A stretch of 64,000 nucleotides of DNA from Lepidodermella squamata (lineage: Eukaryota; Animalia; Gastrotricha): NCBI GenBank assembly GCA_047495785.1, contig JBLDXI010000004.1:1488001-1552000 (forward strand), in the 5' to 3' direction. How positions within the stretch are numbered: the first letter of the stretch is position 1; the number at the start of each line of letters is the position of its first letter. The notes beneath the pieces were generated by a model. The model was not told the origin of the DNA and ran no database searches. It was given only the letters and a program-made list of their open reading frames with translations. A program made the translations under genes and the position numbers. Below are positions 1 through 10,400 of the stretch, in pieces.

Positions 1-1068
1 AAAGCCTACGACTTTGTTGACCGCGAAGAAGTGTGGAAAGCGCTAGAGGGACTGGGAGTAGAACAAGATCTCATCGAAAACATAAAGGCCTTGTACAGAG
101 ACAGCATAGCAACGGTTAGGGTTGGGGGTGTTGCTTGCGAGCCTTTCAGGGTCACAAAAGGGCTCAGACAGGGCTGCCCTTTATCACCGTTGTTATTTAT
201 TTGCGTCTTCAACGTTGTATGCCAGAGAGTTAAGTTAGAAAAGTGCGGAGTACCGCTCACTGACGAAGAGTGGCTCAATATTTTAGCTTTTGCTGACGAT
301 ACTGGGCTGTTAGCCATGCATAGAAACGACATGCAACTTCTTATCGATATTTTTGTTGAGGCTTGCCAGAGTCTAGGGCTGAAAATAAATGTACCAAAAA
401 CCAAATTCATGGTTATTAACAAAGGAGATGAAATTGTTGAGCCTATTATTATTTACAACGAACGACTGGAAGAAGTTAGTAGCTTCACATATTTAGGCAG
501 TATAATTACCTCAGATGGAGCTTCAAAAAGCGACATCAGGGCCAGAATAGAGAAAAGCTGCAAAGCTTTCGGTGCCTTGAAAAAATATATTTTTGGAAAT
601 AAATCTATTCCTATTAGCGTAAAAATGAAGTGTCTTCGAGGTACAGTAGAACCGGTTGCGAAATTTGGGGGTGAAAATTGGACGATGACCAGTGAGGATG
701 AGCGGCGACTGAACGTTTGTCAGATGCGGTGCCTACGTAGCATTTGCGGTGTCACTCTGAGGGACAGAGTTAGGAATGATTATATTAGAGAAAAATGTGA
801 AACTCAAAAATTATCTTCGATAGTAGCAAGACATCAACTTAGGTGGTACGGCCATGTTGCTCGCATGGACCCCGAACGGCTAACCCACCGAGTACGGTAT
901 TGGAACGTGCCGGAGGGGTGGAAACGGCCTAGAGGCAGACCTAAGCTAAGGTGGCTCGACTGTATTAAGAAAAATTTGGGGCGGGTGGGAATTCCAAATT
1001 TAGAGGATGCAGATGATCTAGCGAAGGACAGAAATGAGTGGAGGCTGAAAATTCATAGTCTGGGGTGA
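1..1068 (+). CDS. Reverse transcriptase, C-terminal part of RTE-like ORF (5' partial)
   Basis: Frame open from base 1 (KAYDFVDREEVW). Motifs GLRQGCPLSPLLF, LAFADD, GLKINVPKTK, FTYLGS and the RTE-type C-terminus QLRWYGHVARM...RPRGRPKLRWLD. Confidence 0.95.
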   Translation, partial: KAYDFVDREEVWKALEGLGVEQDLIENIKALYRDSIATVRVGGVACEPFRVTKGLRQGCPLSPLLFICVFNVVCQRVKLEKCGVPLTDEEWLNILAFADDTGLLAMHRNDMQLLIDIFVEACQSLGLKINVPKTKFMVINKGDEIVEPIIIYNERLEEVSSFTYLGSIITSDGASKSDIRARIEKSCKAFGALKKYIFGNKSIPISVKMKCLRGTVEPVAKFGGENWTMTSEDERRLNVCQMRCLRSICGVTLRDRVRNDYIREKCETQKLSSIVARHQLRWYGHVARMDPERLTHRVRYWNVPEGWKRPRGRPKLRWLDCIKKNLGRVGIPNLEDADDLAKDRNEWRLKIHSLG

Positions 1069-1340
1069 TGAATATTATTCTTCTCGAGGGTTTTTGCATA
1101 TTTTGTATTACTGATGAAAAATGATTTCGGTTTGGCTAGGATCGGTCCCCTAGACTGGTCCTCCTCCGACACGCGCTCTGCTTGCCAGGTCACCCCCGTG
1201 ACCTGTCCGGCAGGGTGTGTACACCGGAGTGATTTTTATTCCTCAGCACGCCTTTTTGTTGTTTTTCTACTGTTGTTTTTTACTGTTCTTTTATAATCTC
1301 AAAGTGCTGAAGAATAAAGAAAATGTTATGTTATGTTATG
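1..1340 (+). mobile_element. RTE-clade non-LTR retrotransposon, 3' portion (continues off left edge)
   Basis: RT ORF to 1068, structured 3' UTR, AATAAA near 1313 and a (TATGT)n-type tandem tail at about 1323-1341. Confidence 0.92.
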
Positions 1341-1883
1341 TCACATCAAAAACAGCTCGCTGCTTCTCACATTCGTTGAGGTTGTATTTCAAGCTCAACT
1401 CCGGCGACTGATCGCCGAACCAGAACAACTGAAACACGTAAAACAGTGTTTTATTCATATGGAAAAAAATCACCAGAACTCAAGATACATTCATATCGCC
1501 TGGGTTGTTACAGCCAAAGTTTCCAGGTACGCAAAACGGGGTAAGAGCCTCGTATTTGTAACACATGCGGCCATTCTGAAAATTATCAATGAATTCATCA
1601 AAAAATGGGAAATAAAAAAAAGAAACATACCCCATTGTTGCAGACGCCAGTTGTTCGAAAATTCCGCCCCACTGGTTGGTGAAGATAAAATTAGAATCAG
1701 TTAGTCGTGTTGACTGTGGTAAACCTGATATTCTTTAAGGGGATCACAGCCATCGGCAGCTGGAACGCAGTTTGTGAATCGGTTGCTGAACTGCGAGAAG
1801 CACCGAACCCAGTTCAGCTGCTGCTTACCCACCGCCAAGCCACTCATCAGCAATAACAACGAAACTGTGTGATAAGCTGTCAT
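1341..1883 (-). CDS. 5' exons of a secreted Cys-repeat protein, paralog of the lectin gene at 4462; runs into the RTE insertion
   Basis: Signal peptide plus RCFSQFSNRFTNCVPAADGCDPLKEY matches RCFSQYNDDFTRCVAASDGCDPLTEF of the 4462 gene. Next exons GRNFRTTGVCNNG (about 1632-1675) and NGRMCYKYEALTPFCVPG (about 1495-1576) match GRNFRALDLCRRG and NGLMCYRYALLTVWCRPAG. Confidence 0.75.
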
Positions 1884-2993
1884 TTTGTGAAATTAGTGAA
1901 TGTTTCAACCAGGGTTGCACTTGTATAAACAGACTGTTTAAACACACGTGTTTAAACACATGTTTAAACAGTATAAAGTCCAAGGAGTTTATACATATGT
2001 ATAAAGTCACTACCAATTAATGCTATGATTTCCATAAAATCAGGCTTTCGGTGCCTTAGCTTCGCAGAATTTCTGGCTTTTCACGCAAAAACAAATTTTT
2101 TCGCCTCATTTCGGTCAAGTTTGACCAAGTCTGATGTTTCTATACTGCGAAATGATGCTTTTTGATAGAAATGACATGATTTGATTTGACTGTATTGACA
2201 GTGTGTGAGTGTGACTGTCAGCATGCCTCATCTCAGCTATCAGCTGAAATCTCTGACTTAGCGTATTTTCTCGAAGAGCAGCGCAGCAAAAAAATGCAAA
2301 AAAACCATCGTCAATAATATGAATCATAGCTGTGTGCGATTAAAGCACCATTTACTCGATTAAAGCACCATTTACCACTATGAATGTGTTTTTCGAGCCC
2401 AGGCAATCGCGTGTCATTTACGGCACGTGTTCAACCATAGATGTTATGTTAAAATAAAATACGCGACCTTTGCACCCTATACAAACGAATGGCGAAAGCT
2501 ACGATAATTTTTTCTCCAAAACATCTAAATATCTCGACTAAATATCTAAACATCTTCTCCAAATATCTCGAATTTCGGTGCAAAAAATAGGGGAAATTCG
2601 TAATTTTTAACAGGATTTTGTCACCAAATTTGAGCGCACGGTTGCGAAATGTGAATTTTCAGTCGTCGAAAATCTGGATTTTGGACATATTTCATTCAAA
2701 ATTTTCTCACTACTACATGAGCACGCGCCTAATTTTGCGATCTCGCAAATAATAATTCACTTTTTTCCATTAGCGTGAACAAGCTTGTTGTAAATTGTAA
2801 AATAAGCTGCTATTGAAAATTCCTGATTCTGGAGGGATAATTTCGACTAAATTGCTCATGAAGTTGTTTGCAAGCCTGAATTTTTCGAAGGATCCCAGCT
2901 TTTCGATGAGACGAAGCTGGGTTGTTAACTAGAAAAATGTGTTAGCAGAGATAATTAGGGTCAAAGGTCACTTTTTGAAAATAATGAGATGAA

Positions 2994-3388
2994 CGTGGAT
3001 TGATTGCATCAAAAAATATCTGAACAAAATAGGGATTACAAGTTTTGAGGAGGCAGGCGCCCTGGCCCAGGATAGAACTACTTGGCGACAAAAAATTCAT
3101 AGTTATTTTGGTGAAATCGAAATATCGGATTAGAACACGTATTTGAGGTGGGTGATTAGGATAGGTAGCTTGCTACCGGTCCCCCTCCGACACTCGGTTC
3201 GCTTGGCGTGAACAAAATTTGCATCACGCCCGGCGGACTGGGTACACCGGAGTGAATTTTATTTTATCATTTTTCCTTCTCATTGTTTCATCGTTTTCTG
3301 TACACCTATTCAATTGTCAATTATGTTATTGTTGATTAATGAAGGAAAATATAAAATAAAGAAAATGCTATGCTATGCTATGCTATGC
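2994..3388 (+). mobile_element. 5'-truncated RTE-like LINE copy (related subfamily)
   Basis: Encodes WIDCIKKYLNKIGITSFEEAGALAQDRTTWRQKIHS, homologous to the end of ORF 1-1068. Has an (ATGCT)n tail and a 12-bp TSD TAATGAGATGAA at 2982-2993 and 3389-3400. Confidence 0.92.
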
Positions 3389-4461
3389 TAATGAGATGAA
3401 TCCAAAGAGAACAGAAGTACAAGGGAGGAAACTTGATAAATTAATTCGAAGCGGTTTTTTTAGAGGCGGACCTTTAACAAATGGCATAAAAAAATGTTCA
3501 AACGCCAGACTTTTCTTAGCAAAATAACAAAGTCGCCACATCTGTCTTCATTCATTTTCCAAAATTTAACCATTCATCTTCACAAAAATTCACAATCTAA
3601 GCTCCAAAAGCTGCAAATGGCTAGTCATCGCCATCATCATTTAAAGGATCTACCTTGAGCAAGCAATCCATATCGCATGTACTAGCTTCGCTTAAGCTGT
3701 CACCAAGGCTGGAAAAACTGTCAAACCTTACGATATCGAAACTCGGAAATTTCGGCTAATGCCGAAAAGCACAACTTTTCGTGGTATTTTTCGGAAACTT
3801 CCTGAATTCCCCCATTCTGTTCCTGATTTTGCCGAAATTTCCGCTACCATTGATACCGTAGTAGGAAACTTTTTCCAGCCGTGGCTGTCGTTTTCAACGT
3901 CATTGCCACCGCTGTCATTGCCACCGAAACTAGTACTACTTTCGTCGCTGAGAGCTTTGTTTCTCGCCCAACAAAATGTTTGAAAATTTTTCTCCGGCTG
4001 TACTACTTCAAATCGACTTCCCCTTTTTATGGTGAATAGACCTGGTCTTAAAATTTAAAACTGCAAAAGGTTAGGCCGATATATGCAACGGCTAAGCCTT
4101 GGCAGCTTTCTGAAGGTGAAAAATTTCAGCAACAAATTTCGCAAAAATAGCTCATTTTCAACGAATTTTTTTCTTTGTAAGGGTCGCCGATTTTAAAATT
4201 TTTTGCTTGAAGATAGAGAATGCTTTGAACTACTTAACCCCAACGGGGCGGGTCCGTATGGTTGGGACCTGACTATTGTTGATTTTTGCCCAAAGGCACT
4301 AATTATTTATTTCAAATGAGATTTCATAGTAAAAAATTGAGCATTCTAACAATTTTGACGTATTTATGAATGCGTAGTATTTTTGGAATCGCGTGCGCCA
4401 AAAAATTGTCATGAATGGGAGTCGCGTTGAGCTTTTCTTCAAAGCCAAGGAGCAAAATACG

Positions 4462-7400
4462 ATGACTACTATCATCAGCTGCTTGTTCAAAGTTCTCTAT
4501 CTTTCAATTTATCTCGGTGTTTGTCATGGCCAATTTCAGCGTTGCTTTTCGCAATATAATGACGATTTCACGCGGTGCGTTGCGGCTAGCGATGGCTGCG
4601 ACCCTTTAACAGAATTTCCGGTAGAAATAGCCTAAAGTAGCTTCAATTTTCATTTTTTTCGGAATACTTTAGCACGGCAGAAATTTTAGAGCGCTCGACC
4701 TATGCCGAAGAGGGGTTTTTCAATAGATATTCAGCGAACCTTGACGGGTAATGATTTTATTTTTTAAAGAATGGACTGATGTGTTATCGATATGCGCTAC
4801 TAACGGTTTGGTGCCGACCAGCAGGGTTATCTTGCTATTCAAATGAAATTCCGGTATTTTCACCTGAGAGTCTTAAGAGTTTAGCAATTATTGGTAATAG
4901 ATACAAACATTCAACGGCCTCACACTGTTGCGAGCTAATTTACAAGCTTGCAAAAACGCAACTGCCAATTTTCCGGTATTTTGCTTCAATAATTTTCATT
5001 GAATATTTGCTAATGATTTGTGTTTGTAGGATCAGTTTTTCAAACGCTGCTATGCCAATCGAACTCTGGTGACTTGCGTACCGCGAGATACAACTTCATG
5101 TCCGCTAAACACGGTTTGCTATCCAACACATATCCCAGTTTGACCATGATTCACATGTTTAAGGTTGAGGGAGCCAATAAACGTAATTTAACGAGATGCG
5201 TCGATGGCAAAAGTGAGTTCTTTGCGAAAAACATTGGCTTTCTAACCATATGCCATTTTCCAGTTCAAATTCCCGAACGTGAACAGCCACATGTACGCTG
5301 CTTTCGATCAACCGACCGTAACTTTGTGGCTTGCCGCCCGGTTAGTTCTGGCTGCGTTAATGGAAATCAAACAAGCGCCTTCTCAGGCGGGCCTTTTCGA
5401 AACCTCGAAGCCTGTTCGAGAGGAGTGAGATAGTGAATCAGAGCCTCATATTTTAACAAATGTATCCATTCCAAGTTTGCCGTTGTATGTCGCGAGGGCA
5501 ACGCAAAAGTTTGCTACTACACCTGTCCGAGCAGATCAAGAGTAAAAATTCGTCGAAAACCGATTAACGATGTCACAAGAATTTGATTTCAGATAAAATT
5601 GTTCTTGGACTCGAATTCATTTGCTCAAAACTACGCTGATTGTCTATCAAATTTGCAAAAGGTAATTTTGTGAAATTCTTGGGTGATTCGTGGAGTGATT
5701 CACTCGTGGATTCGTGGATTTGTTATCTTTTTTTCTGACCAATTTTGAGTTAAAGGAGCCGAGTTTCATCCGCTGCTTGGCACCTCTTACCGGGGTCGTA
5801 GCCTGTCGATCAAATGTTACTGGATGCCAAGCTACTGAAACGCCCAATCTTGATAGGCTTTATCTGACGCATAGAGCGAAGTACTGCTAGGGATGGTAGG
5901 GATTATCCCTGCCAGTTCCATCGGTCCGCAAGGTGAGCTCAGACAAAGACCAAAGAGGGGACCCTTATGCTGATTTTTGTTCCGCGGTTCTACTTCGCTC
6001 TATGGTCTATGATTCGCACTATGGATCAAGAAATTTTCATAGTTGCGCCGGGTCCGTCTTGTCTTCGATTTCGCCATTTCCCTTGTTGGCGCTTGGTCGT
6101 CCATGATGTCGCCCATTACCGGCGCTTTGTCACTAATCAATTGAGTGGTTAAATGGTGACTTAATCGCATATGGGATGCTAAGCACCACAGTCATGCCAA
6201 TTTGCAAACAAGCTTATCGAGCAGGATCATGAAGATTTCAGCTACACTAACTACCTCGGCGATCATGGCTAGGCTCAGGAGGGAATGGAGGCTGTTTGTC
6301 GATGAATGAGGTCAAAACCAAAATTACAGCGTTTTGGACTCAAAAGCTAAGAACAACTCTCAGGCCAGCTGCCTAATCGCACTAGCAGTGGGCGACTTTA
6401 CATTAATGCCTAATAATAATAATACTTAAATTTTTTGCTATTGGATGTTCAAGAATAATATTTAAAAATTATAATTATTATTATATTTACCACTGGTGCT
6501 AACAAACAATTACTTCGCATCGTCCCCTACAACCAAGCTAATTTCGGATAGAATGTATGCTCAGTTGTCGACGAGTTAAAAATAAAACTGTCCATAAACA
6601 TCCTCAAGCTGCTCGATCATCCAAAGTTTCATCCAGTCATTCATCCGCTTTTCGTTTTAATTAAAATTGTCAATTAAAACCTTGGTTATGGCTTTCAGAC
6701 TGGCTGTTATCGCGGCGACATTAGGCATTGTCGTTAGTCGTAAGTTACCGTCTCTCTAATCCTTCCAAGGCTCATGTCGATTTCGTCTTTTCAGAAACAA
6801 CTGTCAGCCCTGCGAAGATTGTCGAATGCTCGACTGGAGTGAGCACGACCGACGCGTTCAATACCGACGGCATGCTGTACGATCTCAACTATCGGTATGT
6901 CTACTGCCCCGACGGCAGCTACCTGACCTCGTGGAAGCTCAAATTCACTCCGAATGCGTCTGCTTCGTCTGCCCAGTATGAATACAAGTGCTGCAAGGCG
7001 CCGTCTGTCGGAAAGTGCAGACAGGTTACGAACGACCTGACGGATGGTAATGGCTTTGCTGCTGTCTCCCTCGAAAAACAGGATATCAAGTGCAACGCGA
7101 ATGAGTTTCTGAAAGGCTTCCACCTGACCACATTGTGGAGTCAGATCAGGTTCAACTATGCATGCTGCCAGGTTAGTATCGAGATCGTGTACCAAATTTA
7201 CCTACGAGCTCGTGAGGTTCGACTGAAACAAGCGTGCGGTGAGATCCCCCACTTTGGGGGAGGTTTCTGATGGCCAAGGCCTAAGAGTCCAGGAAACGTT
7301 CAGATTATCAGGCGCCATCTCACCATCTCACATGTTTATTTTTCATTTCCAGATTGAAGGCGAATTCGATGTTATTCCCAGGGCGCTAACAACCGATTAC

Positions 7401-10400
7401 GACAAGGAAAGTAACAAAACGACGACCTTAGACCGCCACAATCTCGCCTGCGCGGACGGTGAGCTCATGCAGAGGTGGCACCTGCAACGCGATGTAGACC
7501 AGGGTATGGTGCGCTTTGAATACACATGCGCTAAAATCAATCTGCGTGAGTTGCAATCCGCACAAGACAGAAATTGAAATTGAAAAATATTGCTTCTATG
7601 TAGCTCCGAAGTGGTACGAGAAGTGCTCTAATGCCACCCTGAAAACCAGACTGGCCGATGACCCTGATGGCAAAACGTACCAGCTCAATTTGCAGACCGT
7701 GCAATGTCCCGAGAGGAACTATATCACTTCCTTCGGACTGGCCAGGCCTAGCGCAACCACCGTCCAGTACGCGTACACGTGTTGCGCTGCCCCCATGGTG
7801 CCGGTGTGCCGCGAAATCCAGAACGCTTGGACCCCTGGCTACTACGGCGACACCAACTTTCTGGACAGGCAAGCTGTCACATGCAAAGCTAACGAAGTCC
7901 TGAACCGATTTGTCCTAGTTACCGACCGGCTCACAATTGCCGAAGGTTCAATTACCTACTACTACACTTGCTGCTCGGTGCGAATTTCAGAATTCAAACT
8001 GCTACTGTTTTAATAAAATGTGTTTACAGGTCACAGGTAAGGTCACCACTACCAACCACGTGACTGATGAAATCGACCACAAGGGCAAAACGTTTGCTCT
8101 CGCCAACTACCGCCCGACCTGTCCCGACGGCAGGTTGCTGCAACAGTTTCAACTGAAGCGCGGTCCTGGCGGCAACCACCGATACGAGTACACCTGTGCT
8201 AAGGTCGAGGAGTGAATCGGACAAGAGGAGCAGGTTGCAGTTTAGTCGAGAAATTTATGGTAAATTATGGTTGAAGGGAATAAATCGTAATCATTCATTA
8301 CTCGAGGCGGTTGATAGTCAGCAGATTAATGATCAGCGTTGAATAAAATATAACAAGGCATAATGTGTGAACATTTTGATTCAGGAAGTCCTCCCATCTC
8401 GTGATTCCTAGTCACCCTCTTGTCTATCCTCTATTTATTCGTACAGTTCTGAGCTAGCTTTCGACGCACGGTTTATAAGATTTTTCGACCTCCCGAAAAC
8501 ATACAAGGGATATTACGAAAAATTCCGGGCACTTGGAGCGTTAACAGAAACTTTGATCAACACTATGTCTAGCACCACCTGCGAGGAAATACTTCCATAC
8601 CATGTTGCTAATCACCTAGATAGCGTGGCGAATGCTGTCCCCAATGTGAGTCATGAAATATAAAGTAACTGTACCTATTTATTGATTCTCATGATTCTGA
8701 TAATTGATCCTCATTTATTCAAAATATCTGTGAACGATCTAGGCCTAGTTTTTAAACATCCGAAAATTGGCCGAAAATTCTTCGTAAAAATAAAAAAAAA
8801 TACCACTCAGGGTGTATCTCAGGGAGCTCGAACTGACTGGGTTTGGTGTAATCATAAAATCCGACTCCCTTTAACGAATGAACGATATCCAATTGGAATA
8901 AATCTATGCCTCTGACTCAACGAGAATCTGAACTTTCGAAGAAGCTCAATAATTTTAACGTTAATGTGGAGCCAATGTTGTTGTTGTTTTGTATTGTCAA
9001 TATCAAAATGGACAAATGGAATTTGAACCGGACTGAATTTAACTCTGATTTTTCTGCCGGCTATGAGTGGATTGCCCGATTAACATTGTTGTGAGCGTTC
9101 GGCTAAAGCTCTTAAATAAAAGACTTAAGCTCTTAAATGAATGAATAAAAGCTTCCCTTATGTCGATTTTCCTTATCCCTATCAGTTCCGCGGTCCTACT
9201 TCGCTCTATGATCTGACGGAATCCGACTGTGTCGAGTCTTTCAGATATTTCGAGGTCAAGAAACGATACACAGTTGTGAACTCGGGCGTCAATTGGCAGA
9301 CAGCTCAGGACTTATGTTTAGCTAATTTGAGCCGTCTCGCTGTTATCAAAACCGAAGATGATCAGAACTCGCTGAGGCAACAACTTTACGCTCAATTGAT
9401 CGAATCAACCTGGATTGGGTTGATTTTCAACTCGACAGCTAGCGATTGGATGTGGGTGGATGGTTCGGTGTTCACGCCATCTTTCAACCTGCAATGGGGC
9501 CCAGGCGAGCCGAGTGGTAGCGGAACCCGTGTTCTATTCAATTTCGTCGCAGATAATTTCTACTTGAACGATTGGCCGTGCGATAATTCGACCGTGGCTG
9601 CTTATGCTTGCGAGAGCTATGCTGAGAATTACATTCCAGTAAGTGAATTTTCTCATTTGAAATGGAAACATCGAAAGCGAGTTAGACCTAGGAATATTTT
9701 TCTTTAAATTTCATAAAAATAATTTTGAAAAATTTGGAAAATCTTTTAAATAAAAGTAAAATTCTAAATTTGAATGTTTTGTAACTTTTCCACGAGATTT
9801 TCACGAGATTTTTTAAGCCTGGCTACGTTCGCTGTATTGCACCGAATGGAGTCGTGAATTGTCGCTCAAACGAAACAGGCTGTACCTCAATTGAGAATCA
9901 ATATCCAGTTGATGTCGAATTCCCAGACGAAGAGCGTTGCTTGAACCCCGCTAAACTGTTCACCGCCTACAACATCGCGTTGACATGGGGAGAAGCCCGC
10001 GAGTACTGCAACAATCACAGCCAGGAAATAGCTACTATCAAAACGATGGGCGAGCACTATGAAGTAATTCGGTTGCTGAGTAATCGATCAATCAACTCAG
10101 CTTGGGTTGGCTCTTATCGAAGCACTTTCTCCAATCTGTGGTTCTGGGTCGATAACAGCCGAGTTCTCGCCTTTCGTAATCAATGGGTTGAAAATGAGCC
10201 AAATGGAGGCGGAAATTGCGGAATTTACAGGTCAAGCAACGGCGTCTACCAAATGGCTGCGTCCTTCTGCTATTCCGTTCCAATTCAAGGCTTTGTATGC
10301 GAGAAGATTGCCGACAATGACGGAACACTCCAACTGCCGCAATATTTGACACCACATATTCGGTGTTTCAACTCGAGAAGCCGCGAATTTGTTGCCTGCC

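Noticed and set aside
1111-1160. CTGATGA as a hammerhead core, or the RTE 3' UTR as an HDV-like ribozyme
   Set aside because: No stem II followed by GAAA, and I could not build the nested double pseudoknot of HDV ribozymes.
6240-6425. Possible LINE 3' fragment (MARLRREWRLFV, (TAA)n tail) inside the cargo
   Set aside because: Similarity is too short and no TSD was found, so it was not listed as a feature.
9141-9210. ATG at 9141 as the true start of a stand-alone lectin gene
   Set aside because: The first 23 codons are transposon end sequence with no signal peptide; the real exon begins at 5756.
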